Part shown: in pieces, positions 14,521 through 28,885 of the stretch
Numbering within the stretch: position 1 is the first letter of the stretch
How the letters are laid out: every line of letters begins with the position of its first letter
Origin: Eledone cirrhosa
Taxonomy: Eukaryota
Direction: 5' to 3'
DNA length: 64,000 nucleotides
Assembly (NCBI GenBank): GCA_964016885.1
Contig: OZ024746.1
Coordinates: forward strand, 13,764,001-13,828,000
Made by a program: the position numbers and the translations under genes
The notes under the pieces: generated by a model
The model's input: the letters and a program-made list of their open reading frames with translations, nothing else
What the model was told of the DNA's origin: nothing
Database searches by the model: none

Positions 14521-14954
14521 TATTTATATATATATGTATATATAAGTATGTATACGTACATACATATATGTATACGGACGTACAGTAGTATGTATATATA
14601 TATACATACATGCACACATATATATATGTACGTATGGATTCACCGAACATTTATTATAATGCTCGGTGTGTTTGTAAACAAACATCCCGAATTAAGCCGT
14701 ACAGTGTCTAGCAACCATCGCTGCTCGTTTGTTCAAAACTCTGACAAAGGAACGCTGTACTAGTTTCAAGCTTATTAGCTATCGTCAGCAACGTATACCT
14801 TCCTGCCAGATGATTGAACGTCTGAAAGTATATACTTTCCTTATGCATATTAACGGCTGAGCAGCCTAATTTGCATATCGAGTGAGTTAATCGGCCGGGG
14901 TACCGAAAACAGCCGTACTAAGAGTGAGAAATGAAATTTCGTTTCATTTTTTCT

Positions 14955-14958
<4 letters not shown>
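14047..14958 (-). mobile_element. Family C HHR element with internal microsatellite expansion and short inverted 3' tail
   Basis: Homologous to 21591-22062. 14058-14092 is inverted at 14917-14950. (TA)n flanks both ends. Confidence 0.8.
14753..14793 (-). ncRNA. Minimal hammerhead motif (family C)
   Basis: CGUUG-CUGACGA-U-AGCU-AAUA-AGCU-U-GAAA-CUAG-UA-CAGCG. Confidence 0.85.
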
Positions 14959-15004
<46 letters not shown>

Positions 15005-15006
15005 GT

Positions 15007-15075
<69 letters not shown>

Positions 15076-15138
15076 TGTATATGTATATATATATATATAT
15101 GTATGTATATATGTATGTATGAATGTATACATATGTAT

Positions 15139-15231
<93 letters not shown>

Positions 15232-15724
15232 TATACATACATATGTATACATTCATACATACATACATATATACATACATATATATATATATATAAGTAT
15301 ATACAGATGTACACACACACACACATACGTATATATATGTATATATATTAATGCATTATGGGAGAGAAGATAGGACATACACACAGGCCAACATTTAGGA
15401 AACTACATCTCTCTTTCCGAGAAGCTCTTTATATATTTGAAAAAAAGAAAAAAAAGAGAAAAAAAAACAAACAAACAAAAGACAAGTCAGTTGACATTTA
15501 ATACAAAATATATTTAGTATAATGTTTTGAAATAAGGTGAAAATATACTTTATGTTTATATAATACAAATTTATTCAACCTCAATGACATTCAAAATCAC
15601 AGCGTAAACCTTAAATAATAAATGAAATAAAAATGTATCAACAATGTCCTCGAGAGTTAATCCAGACATAGTTCGAGCTAAAAAATCAATCAATGTGACT
15701 GTACTATTCCCTCACTTCCTCAAT

Positions 15725-16230
15725 TTCATCGCTTCCTGCCACTAGTCGATCTCGTACTATATTTTTCGGAGCATGTATCTGCTTTCATACCGTTCATTTT
15801 GAAGCCAACAGCTGAACTCTGGGTGTCCAGTTCTATCAGCATGATCTGAATATTTTGAAGCTAAACATCTCGACTCTGGATGTCCAGATCAGTCAGCATG
15901 GACTGAAGGTGATCTGTTGTTTCTCCAATGAACACCATGTCGTCTGCGAATAAGAGATGTGTTAACAGCTCATCGTTGATGCTGACGCCATGTTTACAGT
16001 CGAGACGAGCAGTGAAGAACTTTGGAGATATGGTATCTCCGTGTTTTGACGCTCTTCTCAACTGGAACTCATATTGGTTGTGATAACAGAGGTACATCGG
16101 TGGTTCATCCATTGTTCGCTTGCCTGAGCAGTTTAATGTATTCTGCGTAGACTTCTTAAATTCCCAGAGACTTCAGAATTACATTTACATCGACGCTATC
16201 GAATGACTGAAGGCTAGGCAAAGAGGCAAT
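15725..16230 (-). pseudogene. RTE-clade LINE reverse transcriptase fragment
   Basis: ORF 15861-16112 has HGDTISPKFFTA..GVSINDELLTHLLFADDMV..LQSML, the RT QGD and [Y/F]ADD motifs. Flanks are frameshifted. Confidence 0.85.
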
Positions 16231-16372
16231 CAGTATTGGCGTCCTGTCCAGGGGTAGTGTTCTACTCTCACTCGCTTAAATACCAATGGAATCCGGATTA
16301 CCTCAGGTCTAATGAGCCTTTTATGTATGTATGCATGTATGAATGAATGTATGTATGTATGTTTGCATGTAT

Positions 16373-16985
16373 GTCAGGTCACCAGTTGGTGCTACTGGTA
16401 ACATGTATCCCAGTACAACCTGTCCCATGGTCGGGTCGTTGGCGACTAAACTGGCAACCCCACCAAGGTTTCTTGGGGAGGAGAGTGACTTTGGACATCC
16501 TGCAGGACTAAAAACAAAACCTGTCAAAGGGCAAAGGAGCTCTTAAGAGTCAATGGCCATCCAAAATCACCGGGAGAGATGACCCCTTAGCCTTTGTCAG
16601 GGCAGAATTCTAGGAGAAGGAAAACTCTGATATAACACCTGCAGCCCTGATGGTATCCAATGATGTTGACTTGTTCTTCTTTTTGGTAAATATCATCTTG
16701 GTTAAGAGAGTGGGACTGGCTTTGTGCAGTGCCTTTGCTCACTATAAAAGCTTCACGGCACAGGCATTGCTTTATATCTGGAGATCTCTCTGCACTTATC
16801 GTCACATGGTACCATGGACCCAGCACTATGTGTCAATATTTGTCAAAGTGTAGTGTTTGTACCAGAGTTTTCAAGTCGCTGGCTGGACTAAAAAGTCACA
16901 CTCGTTCAGCGCATCGGTAGGGGTTCTCCTATATGGATATAAAGTAGTGGCCGTACTCGAAAACGAGTTGGCAGCCACCATGTAT
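16373..16985 (+). mobile_element. Bipartite RTE derivative: 5'UTR joined to C-terminal C2H2 zinc finger and 3' tail
   Basis: TCTAGGAGAAGGAAAACTCTGATATAA, then CSVCTRVFKSLAGLKSHTRSAHR*, then the 3' hairpin GTGGCCGTACTCGAAAACGAGTTGGCAGCCAC and (ATGT)n. Confidence 0.8.
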
Positions 16986-17265
16986 GTATGTATTTACATA
17001 TATGCTTTATACATGTAAAAAGTAGTGTGCATGTTACAATGAGTATTCTCTGTCCTACGAATAAACTTTTACCGTTTCAATGCTATCGAAACGATAAAAG
17101 TTTAACCGTAGGGCAGAGGATCTTTATAATACACACACACTCATACACACACTCACACACATATTTATATATATATTTATATATATATACACATATGACT
17201 ATGTATATATATATGTATAAAGATTCATAGAAACACTTTAAACGTATAACGTTTGATTTGTCCAG

Positions 17266-17650
17266 GTATATTTTTTTAACCTGTTAGTTCTTTCGTTACT
17301 TTGGTATTGTGTGTTAGATTTTGCCTACCACAATGTTCAATTTGTCTAGCTATTTAAACGTGTTATTACTCTAAGGAACTACCTTGTCGAGTGCTTTGCT
17401 AACTCATTCATATCGTAGGTAGAATTTGCTTGCACACCGCCAAAGATTCGATTTTACTAAGCCTCCAATTATATATATATATATATAGCATTAAGGATAC
17501 TATTTATGGTTATGTATATACTAAAACTTTTTGTAGTTATATATATTTTAAACCTTAAACAGTGAAAGACAGTAATTTATTACTACCTTATTACCAGTAA
17601 GATAAATAGCTCAATGTAATAACATCAGTTGTTCTACAGAGCAGTTATAT
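17266..17650. mobile_element. Two tail-to-tail repeat 3' ends meeting in a (TA)n tract
   Basis: 17266-17470 is homologous to 44928-45028. 17488-17650 is the reverse complement of ~2825-3000. (TA)n lies between them. Confidence 0.6.
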
Positions 17651-18163
17651 AGAATATATATATATATATATATGTGTGTGTGTATGTATGTAATTTTGTA
17701 TATATGTACGTATGTATGTATGTATATATGTTTGTATGCATGTATATATGTTTGTATGTATACATGTTTGTATGCATGGATGGATGGTTATAGGGAGAGG
17801 GAATTGTTGGCTAACTGTCCTCATTATATTAAGGAGTGGTGAACGAACGCAAAACATTCACAATTAATTGAAATTTTCCTCTTACTTGGAAAAAGAAAAC
17901 ATTTTCTCGGCTTTATATCAAAATGGATTGTTGAGAGATTTGAATTTAGTAGAGTTCCATAGCAAATCTAATAGCTTATATCTATTTTGGCGTCTTTCTA
18001 TAGTTTGTGTGTAACCACTATCCCTAAAACACACAAACACGCTCACAATTCTTGCGCACGCATTTATAAATCTATATATTAAGACATGTGATCATGTACC
18101 TGTGGTTATGATATGTTTGTATATGTGTATTGCAGAGCAAGAAGGAAAGAGAATGAGAGAGAG

Positions 18164-18257
<94 letters not shown>

Positions 18258-19222
18258 GATAGATAGATAGACTTATATAGTTGGGGAGACGGGAGTGATG
18301 GGAGAAGCAGATCTATCACAGAGCCGTGTATGTGTCGTATCTTCAACATCGACAAGCAGAATAGATGAATTATCTTGAAGATATATTGATTTTATCTTAA
18401 AGGATAACGAAGAAAATCTGTAAAAAGGAAAGGAAGTATTTTTGGCAGTTGCACACTGAGTTGATATAATTGAGAATAAAACCCACTCACTTCACATGTA
18501 TTGTGATTGTTCCCATTCCAAGTAGGTGTCTACCGGAGTATTTCATGTTGCTTGCTGTATAAGAATTAAATTGAACTTTCAGAGCGTGAAAGCGCACGAG
18601 TCAGTTGATATAAAGTGAAAGATACGAAAATGTATAAGCTCTTTGAAAATTCTTTTAATATATTTATTCGTGTCATATGTTATTTTCTCGGTTTAACTGT
18701 GCAGAAAAGATTCAGAATAAAGAAACTCAGTTAATTTTCTTCTTTTAGATACGGTCTAAAAATTTAATATCAGACATCAACTAAGTGTTTCACAGCTAGA
18801 AATCAATGCCCCAGACAAGTAGTATGCATTATTTCAATTAACATAGAGAATGAGAAGAATGATACCATCTTATCTGTAACTATAAACACAATTCATAACA
18901 ATCAAAATAAGCTGTTTAACTGACTTTCTTGCGAAGGATATTGTTGAAAAGAAGTTCAACAAAAAAGTTTGGTTCTAAGAGATGACATCTTAATTATTAC
19001 AGAAGAGGTTTTGTAAATTTTACTCTACCAACGATATGAAACCATCATATATTTAAATAAAGCCATATAGTATATAGATATATGGGAGTCAGTCTTAGTG
19101 ATGATGGCGGTGATTGGGGTGGTCATATTGTTCTTATGGATTATATTGTTGTTGCTGTGTAGATCAGTCCTTATTGAGTAAACCCAAGACAAAATACATT
19201 CCAGTCACTCATGTATTCCGCC

Positions 19223-19262
<40 letters not shown>

Positions 19263-19269
19263 CAAATCA

Positions 19270-19398
19270 TAGTTCATTGTTTCTGAGGTTGACGGTGAGA
19301 CTAATAAAGGATTTTGAGACTAGAAACAAGTAGCGATATAACCACTCCTTGCTAGTCGACCAATCAACCCTCTGAAACGATCGTAAAACAATGAACTA
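19270..19398 (+). ncRNA. Hammerhead-like motif with long stem II and a damaged core
   Basis: 13-bp stem I UAGUUCAUUGUUU/AAACAAUGAACUA and GAAA-CGAUCG-UA. The 5' core reads CUGA-GGUUGA (apparent deletion) and pairs with UCAACC. Starts right after (TA)n. Confidence 0.65.
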
Positions 19399-19919
19399 AT
19401 TAACTGCCTATCTCCGACGTTTGTTTTATTTTCATTGTTCAATACACACCCACCCATACACACACACACTCAGACACACACAAGCACACACACACACTAT
19501 ATATTCATTGTGTGCTAAGAAAATATACACAAATATTTACAGACAAAGATCCCACCACCACACATAAAATGGTGTTTATAGTACTATAGTATGTATATAT
19601 GTGTCTATAGTACTATAGCATGTGTATATAGTACTATAGTATGTGTATATGTGTCTATAGTATGTGTATATGTGCGTGTGTGTATGTGTATTTGTGTGCG
19701 TGTAACATTTGGTTAATTTACGAAGCATTGGGGAAATTTGAAAATAAATGAGGTAAAGTAGCCCTCCTGATAGAAAGAAGTGGACAGAAACGACAGTTGG
19801 TAATAAAAACATAGATTTGCCGCAGCCGTATGACCGCGATTAACTATTACACCAAAGAGCATATGGCCGTCAATTAGCGTCTTTTAGAAGTTTTAAGTGT
19901 TAGGCTATCAAAAGTGAGC

Positions 19920-20900
19920 ATTCTCGGCATGATGACAAACGTAATTTCTGTTGGCCAATCCAGTGTTTCGAATGGAACTAAACTAGGTTACATTCTTATT
20001 TGCTCACTTTTTTCTAATGCTTAAATATGCATTTGACAACTGTCATGGCGTTTAAATGTCTAGTTTCTCCCCACAAAAAGCTGTATAATACTTAAAGATT
20101 CATCGCAAATACTAAAACTAGGCTTGATGTGATAGGTGAGCTCCGTTTTGGAGATTTTCCTATTCTTTGGAAAACATGCAAGATCTTGTAAATAGTTTTT
20201 TCAAGAAATGTAAGGCTTCATTTGATATTTTTTATTAGCCTCACAGAAACCGAATTGTTCATCAGCTTAGGCCTATTACAGTCAAGCTTTACCATAAAAA
20301 TCGATGAAAACCCAATCAAGTCTATAACTTTATTTTGTTATCTTGATTCTGCAGTAACCACAAATATTCAATTTGATAGCAAAATCGCTAAGTGTCTTGG
20401 AAATGCCAGTATTTCTTTCGGAAAATTATTCCAGGCACTAGAAAGAATAGGGTATCTGTCTTAAAACAAAGATTCATGTTTATTGTGCTGTAGCAACCTA
20501 AATATTATTGTGTGGATGTCAAAGGAGGATGCCATATATTATTGTGCTGTAGCGACCTAAACATTATTGTGTGGATGTCAAAGGAGGATGCCATACAGAA
20601 GTTACATGGAGTCTCTAATTGTATTTTATATGCAGGGTTTGCATTCAATATGTAACAATTCGGCGATAGCTTTGGAAGTTGCAATAAAGTGTAATTGACT
20701 ATTTTATGTTACGCGCACAAATACACTGTATCAAAGCATGTCGGTCATATGGACTATATCAGAATTACCCAGTTCCCCTGTACAATGATCTTTTAAATAC
20801 GCCCCTCCCCTTTCCAATGAATCGGAAGACTACTACTACGCTACAAAGACAAGACCAAGGATAACTTCATCTACAGCCTTGGAAATACATATCACTGAAG
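19920..20900 (+). pseudogene. Decayed RTE/BovB-like LINE RT C-terminal region
   Basis: FCYLDSAVTTNIQFDSKIAKCLGNASISFGKL, LKTKIHVY, LLCGC. Many stops and frameshifts, with an internal ~59-bp duplication at 20478-20596. Confidence 0.75.
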
Positions 20901-20949
20901 TGTCAGACTTGATGTGGTGAGAACTGATTCCAGACTTCATCCGCTTACC

Positions 20950-21135
20950 AATCAGACGTGGAACTCGTCAAATCGGACCAAAGAAACAATGTTTCCATTG
21001 GTCTTTTTATTGTTGATACTATCCACCGGTCGCAACTCCTGGCAGAAAAAGAAACGCATCGCCCAGTTCGGGAATCGAACTCGCAACCTCACGATTGCGA
21101 ATCCAATTATTTAATCACTAAGACACGCGCCTTCA
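20950..21135 (-). mobile_element. tRNA-derived SINE (family of 13410-13631), internally deleted
   Basis: GAGTTCGATTCC B-box and shared GACCAATGGAAACATTGTTTC body. Confidence 0.75.
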
Positions 21136-21289
21136 TATTTTATTTTATGAATTTTATCCAATTTTAGAACATTTTTATTTTGTTTTTACAAGCTCTTATG
21201 ATTAATATTTTACACTTTATTATTGAACGCTTAAATATCTTCTCGATGGGAGAGTCCATCATCATTATCATCTGCCTGTCTCTTTTTTT

Positions 21290-21404
<115 letters not shown>

Positions 21405-21435
21405 CATATATATACATATATATATACATATATAC

Positions 21436-21595
<160 letters not shown>

Positions 21596-21898
21596 TGAAA
21601 CAAAATGAAAACGAAATTTCATTTCTCACTCTTAGTATGGCACTTACTTAAATGTAAGTATGCATGTATACGTACATACATATATGTATACAGACGTACA
21701 GTAGCATGCACATATATATATATATATACATATATACATACATATGTATACAGGTACACATACATATATGCACGTATCAGTTTAACGGCGCTTATTATAA
21801 CGTCGCTTTGTTCGTTTGTAAACAAACTGAACAGCCTGAATTTATGCCATACGGTGTTAAGGCAACCACGTCACCTTTTTGTTCAACACTGACACAGG

Positions 21899-21943
21899 AA
21901 CGATGTACTAGTTTCAAGCTTGTTAGCTATCATCAGCACCGTT
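21899..21943 (-). ncRNA. Minimal hammerhead motif (family C)
   Basis: AACGGUG-CUGAUGA-U-AGCU-AACA-AGCU-U-GAAA-CUAG-UA-CAUCGUU. Confidence 0.88.
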
Positions 21944-22432
21944 TACCCATCTGCCAGATAGTTGAACGTTCGAAAGTATATACTTTCCTTATGAAAATTA
22001 ACGGCTGAGCAGCCTAATTTGCATATTGAGTGAGTTAAATCGGTCAGGCATACCGAAAACGATAAATTGAAACAAAATGAAAACGAAATTTCATTTCTCA
22101 CTCTTAGTATGGCACTTACTTAAATGTAAGTATGCATGTATACGTACATACATATATGTATACAGACGTATAGTAGCATGCACATATATATATATATATA
22201 CATATATACATACATATGCATACAGGTACACATACATATATGCACGTATCAGTTTAACGGCGCTTATTATAACGTCGCTTTGTTCGTTTGTAAACAAACT
22301 GAACAGCCTGAATTTATGCCATACGGTGTTAAGGCAACCACGTCACTCAATATGCAAATTAGGCTGCTCAGCCGTTAATTTTCATAAGGAAAGTATATAC
22401 TTTCGAACGTTCAACTATCTGGCAGATGGGTA

Positions 22433-22477
22433 AACGGTGCTGATGATAGCTAACAAGCTTGAAACTAGTACATCGTT
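22433..22477 (+). ncRNA. Minimal hammerhead motif (family C, inverted copy)
   Basis: Identical to 21899-21943 on the opposite strand. Confidence 0.88.
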
Positions 22478-22729
22478 CCTGTGTCAGTGTTGAACAAAAA
22501 GGTGACGTGGTTGCCTTAACACCGTATGGCATAAATTCAGGCTGTTCAGTTTGTTTACAAACGAACAAAGCGACGTTATAATAAGCGCCGTTAAACTGAT
22601 ACGTGCATATATGTATGTGTACCTGTATGCATATGTATGTATATATGTATATATATATATATGTGCATGCTACTGTACGTCTGTATACATATATGTATGT
22701 ACGTATACATGCATACTTACATTTATATA

Positions 22730-22810
<81 letters not shown>

Positions 22811-24062
22811 CTATTTGTCTATCGAAACAGAATCGAGGAGCGTGTATCTCCTCAGGTATTTGCCTTGGTGTACAGTAGTTAATTACTTAGTTTTGAGTAG
22901 CTACTATACACATTTCTAATTGAATTCATAGCCATATTCATATTTCCTGATATACAAATTAAATTTGAAGTTTTCAATAATGGCGCTATCAACTAACTAG
23001 ATGGCAGGGGATTCATATGAAACCTAAAAGTTTTGTTGTGTAAAAATATAAATATCAAATGTCTAAAGAAAGTATCAATAAATATGATGCACCTTTACTG
23101 GCAGTTTTTATCAACTAAAACAAAATGGCGGATGTAACAATATACGGACGTAACGTGAAATATTGTAGCAGAAGATATTTGTTATTGCAGTTGTTCATCA
23201 CATCATATTAAATCACAGTAAAAGAATGTCTTTCCTAGGAAATGTCATGTGTCGACTTCAAACAGTGCAGCATACGATACACACCCCCCAACAGTGCTGT
23301 GAGTGAATATATATACATATATATTTATGTGTGTCAGAGAGAGAATGTGTGTGTGTTTGCGTGATGTGTATGTGTTTGTGTGATTCACCGTGAAATTCAT
23401 TGAAACTGGTGAAGCTTTATGCAGTTAGGATGCAACCAACATATGTTATGCAGTAGAATTATTGTACTAAGTTGTTAGGTCTCATCACCGATCAACAGCC
23501 AGATGCTTTTTATATTCAGAAAAATGAGCTGAACTTCTTGATACAGAATAAAGTCTAATTTTCTCTTGCCTCTAATATAATATTCGTGTTTTGTTTCACT
23601 CGTATAACAGATCTTTCGTTTCCTACTGTTTAGTAAAAAGGTTTACTTTCACATTTTCGACGTAGAAATGATTATTTATTGTTCAATGTCAAGCATTGTG
23701 TGTCATGTTAAATGTAATACAGAATACTAAACGTTAACTTAATTCCAACTTTTCCCCTATGCTTTACATTTAGCAATATATCATTACAACGACCTCAGAA
23801 AGAAATGCGTAAATTATTCTACTGAACAATCAAAAATGGAAGATCGTATGTCAAGCGTATCATACAGAAGAAGAAGAAGAAGAAGAAGAAGAAGAAGAAG
23901 AAGAAGAAGAAGAAGAAGAAGAAGAAGAAGAAGAAGAAGAAGAAATGAAAATAACGATTTCTATCAAAGTGGATTGGCGGAATTGTTAGAACATTCTGGC
24001 AGAATCGGTAGAGCGTCGGACAACATGCTTAGCAGTATAGAGTTGTACAATCATCGCCACAC

Positions 24063-24111
<49 letters not shown>

Positions 24112-24247
24112 GAAGTTATATTTAATTTGTTGGGATACAACAAGCAAATATTTTTATAACTGATATAAACCACTAAACAAATTATTGGAGTAAAAATACA
24201 ATATATTAACAAATGGAAACTATATTTATAAAACCATATTTATTTCA

Positions 24248-24302
24248 TTATACATATTTCAAGGACACCAAAGCAAATTATGGTGCGCTTTCATCAGATA
24301 AA
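24248..24302 (-). ncRNA. Hammerhead motif
   Basis: Reverse complement of 24456-24510. Confidence 0.7.
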
Positions 24303-24455
24303 ATATAATATAGATCAGTTTTATAAACAAATATTGACATACCCTTAAAGAATGCGACCATGTCGGTTGGAAGCTATCCGGAGGCTTCCAACCGACATGG
24401 TCGCATTCTTTAAGGGTATGTCAATATTTGTTTATAAAACTGATCTATATTATAT

Positions 24456-24510
24456 TTTATCTGATGAAAGCGCACCATAATTTGCTTTGGTGTCCTTGAA
24501 ATATGTATAA
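24456..24510 (+). ncRNA. Hammerhead motif
   Basis: CUGAUGA-AAGcGCACCA..UGGUGUcCUU-GAAA-UAUG-UA-UAA. Stem I is weak. AATAAA follows. Confidence 0.7.
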
Positions 24511-24772
24511 TGAAATAAATATGGTTTTATAAATATAGTTTCCATTTGTTAATATATTGTATATATATATATATTTATTCAGGTTTGAGGTTCACCACTG
24601 GACAGAGCTGGTCAATTCCGTATGGTCAATCGCAATGTAATAATATGGAGAGTACTCAACGTAAAGCAGTTCAACCGTCTTTGTTTTTGTAGTTGGTGGT
24701 GCGAGTACGGAGTTAAATATTATAATGAAATGACAGGAGGCTGGACTTGTGTAAATCCTTGAAAGGTTTATT

Positions 24773-24830
24773 ATACTATGATCATTTCAATGACCGGGTT
24801 CCGTATGAATCCGGTGATATCATCAGGTAT
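24773..24830 (-). ncRNA. Hammerhead motif
   Basis: Reverse complement of 25105-25162. Confidence 0.85.
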
Positions 24831-25104
24831 TCGAAATATAATAAGTGAATGTAATAGATAAAATCCATGGGGCTGAAAATCAAAGACCCGAGGACGACCG
24901 CCATCCAGCATCTTCCACCTTTGCCGGTCGCCCTCGAGTGACGTGACTAAAGCCCACAGTGTGCTACTACCGGTCAAATAAAGCAAAACAGAAAGGAATA
25001 GGAACACAAGAAAAGAAAGAAAGAAAGAAGAGAGAAGAAGGGGGAAGGTCATTGATTTTCAGCCCTATGGATTTTATCTATTACATTCACTTATTATATT
25101 TCGA

Positions 25105-25162
25105 ATACCTGATGATATCACCGGATTCATACGGAACCCGGTCATTGAAATGATCATAGTAT
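25105..25162 (+). ncRNA. Hammerhead motif
   Basis: AUAC-CUGAUGA-U-AUcACCGG..CCGGUcAU-U-GAAA-UGAUCA-UA-GUAU, then AAUAAA. Confidence 0.85.
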
Positions 25163-25208
25163 AATAAACCTTTCAAGGATTTACACAAGTCCAGCCTCCT
25201 GTCATTTC

Positions 25209-25275
<67 letters not shown>

Positions 25276-26173
25276 TACAGTCGAAATATCTTGAATCAAA
25301 AACCCCGATTTTAACGTTTCTGATTGTTTAAAGGTTCGCACAAGTCTAGAGTGTATTAAAAGATTCATACAATGATATACATTAAAAATAAATAATTACT
25401 TCTACCCGGAAAAGAAAAAAATGATTATTCTACTGGTTAAAAAAAGCAGAAAGTGGCAGATAAAAAACTATGAATACTGTAGCAATGTTAGAGAAAAGCC
25501 AGACTCTTCGTTCTGAAACAAATTAAAAGTACAAAGATGCTCAAATGCATTTCTGACTATAAACAGCTGTTGATGCTGGCTGGTAATGGGGCATGGATGT
25601 TTTGTCGGTTGAAAACGTACCCCCCACACACACAGACACATACACACACATACACAATACAAACACAAACACACATAGACACCGGCACACTCACTCACAT
25701 ATGCCCATTTATATAACTTGATCTATTTCAATGTTGAGTTCACATTCCACACATTGACATCTCGGCAGTTCCGTTTTTTTTCTTTCTTGGAAACAAACTA
25801 CATTCATATTTATTTTTGACGTCACTGCACAGTAAGACATGCACATTGTATGTTACTTTCACAGCACATTCCCTGAGACTGTGATTAGTTTTATCATGTG
25901 ATGAGCACCCGCAATAACAAACAACAGTACATTATTACGTCACTCACTTTTGTCATTTCTTAGTCTATCAAATAATTGACAATAAAGTCAACATAGTCAT
26001 TGATTCTCGCACAGTTGATTTCTATATTATTTTACTTTTAGTTTTATTACGAATTCTCATCCTATTCCTTGTCTTAAAAAACCCAACTTTCTTCTAGTTG
26101 ATAACATCATAATTTATAATCTCAAATCTAAATTGTATAGCAGGAAGCAGATTTAATAAAATAAAGAACGAGT

Positions 26174-26552
26174 TACTCTCCGGTCTCGAATACCCCCCCC
26201 CCCCCCCCGCACCGCTTATTAATTTTTCAGGATTTTTCAACCTCTTCGCTCATACCGTTTATTGAACTTTGCTAATCTATCTCCGGCGAAATTTTATTTT
26301 AAATGGTAGCATTCCTGCGACAATTAATTTTCTTTAGACATTAAAAAATCCCACTATACATGACAAAAATAGTACATTACTAAAAACCCCATATGTTATA
26401 AAATAAATAGGATGGATTGGGTTCTTAATAAGAAACTAAATGACTAATCCTGATTTATAAAAAAAAAAATCAACGAAGACAACTTAGAAAAATTACCGAT
26501 TTTCCATCCCCCCGCTTATTCCACCCCCCCATATTATTTGGGACCCAAATGT
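26174..26552. mobile_element. Possible old MITE with degenerate TIRs
   Basis: TACTCTCCGGTCTCGAATA versus TATTTGGGACCCAAATGTA (imperfect inverted match), with subterminal CCCCCGCTTATT motifs. Confidence 0.3.
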
Positions 26553-26646
26553 ATTTGTAATATATTCATCTTACAATGTAGAACAAAGTTAGTGAGTTGG
26601 ACAAGAGATAGTTGTGTTAAAAAGGGTGAGAACTGGAAAGTATATA

Positions 26647-26832
26647 GTAATAATTGTTTCTACTTTTGGCACAAGGCCAGAATTACCCCAATGCATTATT
26701 GGTGCTTTATTTTATCGAGCCCCTAAGGATGAAAGGCAAAGTTAACCTCGGCAGGATTTGAACTCAGACCGTAAAGGGCTGTAAACTCTATGCTGCAAAG
26801 CATGGCGTCCGACTCTCTAGCGATACTGCCAA
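26647..26832 (-). mobile_element. tRNA-derived SINE (family of 11481-11673)
   Basis: GGCACAAGGCCAG..GGATGAAAGGCAAAGTTAACCTCGGC..TTTGAACTCAG. Confidence 0.85.
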
Positions 26833-27105
26833 GAATAATATTAGCTACTTCAGCATAGACTTTTATTGAGAAATTTTCAGAAATGTCTCCATACGATTTT
26901 TTCCGGAATATTCTATTGGACATAAAGCAAACAAAGGTGAAAGTGATGCAAGGGATTGTTGTAGTTACCGAGAAATTCTAGCGTGGGCGCTGTTGTCAGA
27001 CAAGCAACCAGAAATTTATTTTAAAATAAAGTTGTTGCTATGCTAAAATAAGTTGGTAATTTTAAATAACATGTCATGAACGCGAATGCTACAAATATAT
27101 ACATG

Positions 27106-27152
<47 letters not shown>

Positions 27153-27259
27153 TAATATACACTCACATACACATACCCTAGTCAGCCCCAAATTACACGC
27201 AAGAACACACACATATGCCTACTTACATACACATACACTTGCACACACTCACACGCACA

Positions 27260-27370
<111 letters not shown>

Positions 27371-27549
27371 ACACAGGGATTTAGTTTCAACCCACAATGA
27401 AAATAATTTATATTCATGAGAAGAGCGTCTTCTCATTTACAAATGGCTGCACACATAAACGATGAAGGCTGTTGAAAAAACAGAGCAAAGAAACATACAA
27501 ACAACCCAAGAGAGATAAAAAGAAAGCTATATAGAGTTAAAAATATACA

Positions 27550-27972
<423 letters not shown>

Positions 27973-28850
27973 GAAAGACAGTCCACGGAGGAAATCAAAA
28001 ATGAAATAACTGACAATTAATTTTAAATTGCCATTGGAAGAAAGGGAATAACAGTTTAATTATAGTTTAATGAAATTATTTTACTCCAACTTTTATTTGA
28101 CATTCTTATCTTTTATTCCATAATAAGTTATATAACTTTGTGAACATTCTAACCTGTTATTTCCCGAAACTTGTATAACTGTATTATTATCTTAGTTGAT
28201 ATTTCACTTGTAAGTGCCAAAATGTTCTCTCTCTCTCTTCTGCACTATGCCTACTGTTGTACCTTACACACACACAGACATATATATATACATATAGACT
28301 ATACATATTAGTGCAGTGCAATATGTGTCAAATTATTGCTACTTAAAGATACACGGTATCATCACAAATATCAACTTCCTGTCCAGGGGGAAAGTATGAC
28401 ATCTTTATTTCTCCTGAGTGGCATTTTATATAACAATGTAGTTAAGTTCAATAATTCTATCTAAATCTTTAATATATTACAATGGTTACCTGGTCATAAA
28501 TGATTAAAGTTACAGAAATTCCAATGTCCTAAATTAGTAATAGAGCCGAGAACTGCACTTAAAATGGTAGAGGAACTCACAATCCAGTAGTAAGTAATAA
28601 ATACCCACATATGTACATATATGTATATACAATAATTAAATATATATATATACAATAATTAAATATATAAATAGATAAATAAATGCCATTGTTAAATAAT
28701 AAATAAATCAACTAATACCTTAACACTTCACACAAAGTAAAACATTTCGTTTTAATCATTTTCTAACCAGAAAAGAGAGAGAGAGAGAGAGAGACAAAAA
28801 AAGGAAAAAAAAAAAATTTTTCTTCCTCATAATCGTCTCTTTCTCCCTGT

Positions 28851-28885
<35 letters not shown>

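Larger units (their letters stand above)
24110..24561. mobile_element. Fold-back HHR element (arms 24197-24374/24384-24561) in (TA)n
   Basis: Near-perfect ~178-bp palindrome with a 9-nt spacer and a 1-nt indel. The left arm extends 87 bp further. The tail is homologous to 57440-57497. Confidence 0.9.
24575..25218. mobile_element. Fold-back HHR element (arms 24717-24888/25047-25218) in (TA)n
   Basis: 172-bp arms with 2 mismatches and a 158-bp spacer. The left arm extends ~140 bp to (TA)n. Confidence 0.9.

Noticed and set aside
14058-14950. DNA transposon with 35-bp TIRs
   Set aside because: The same family at 21.6 kb is tandem with a different inversion point and carries an HHR. This is better explained as a fold-back retro-insertion.
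22826-22850. CTGAGGA on the minus strand with a local hairpin
   Set aside because: No downstream GAAA-helix III-UH.
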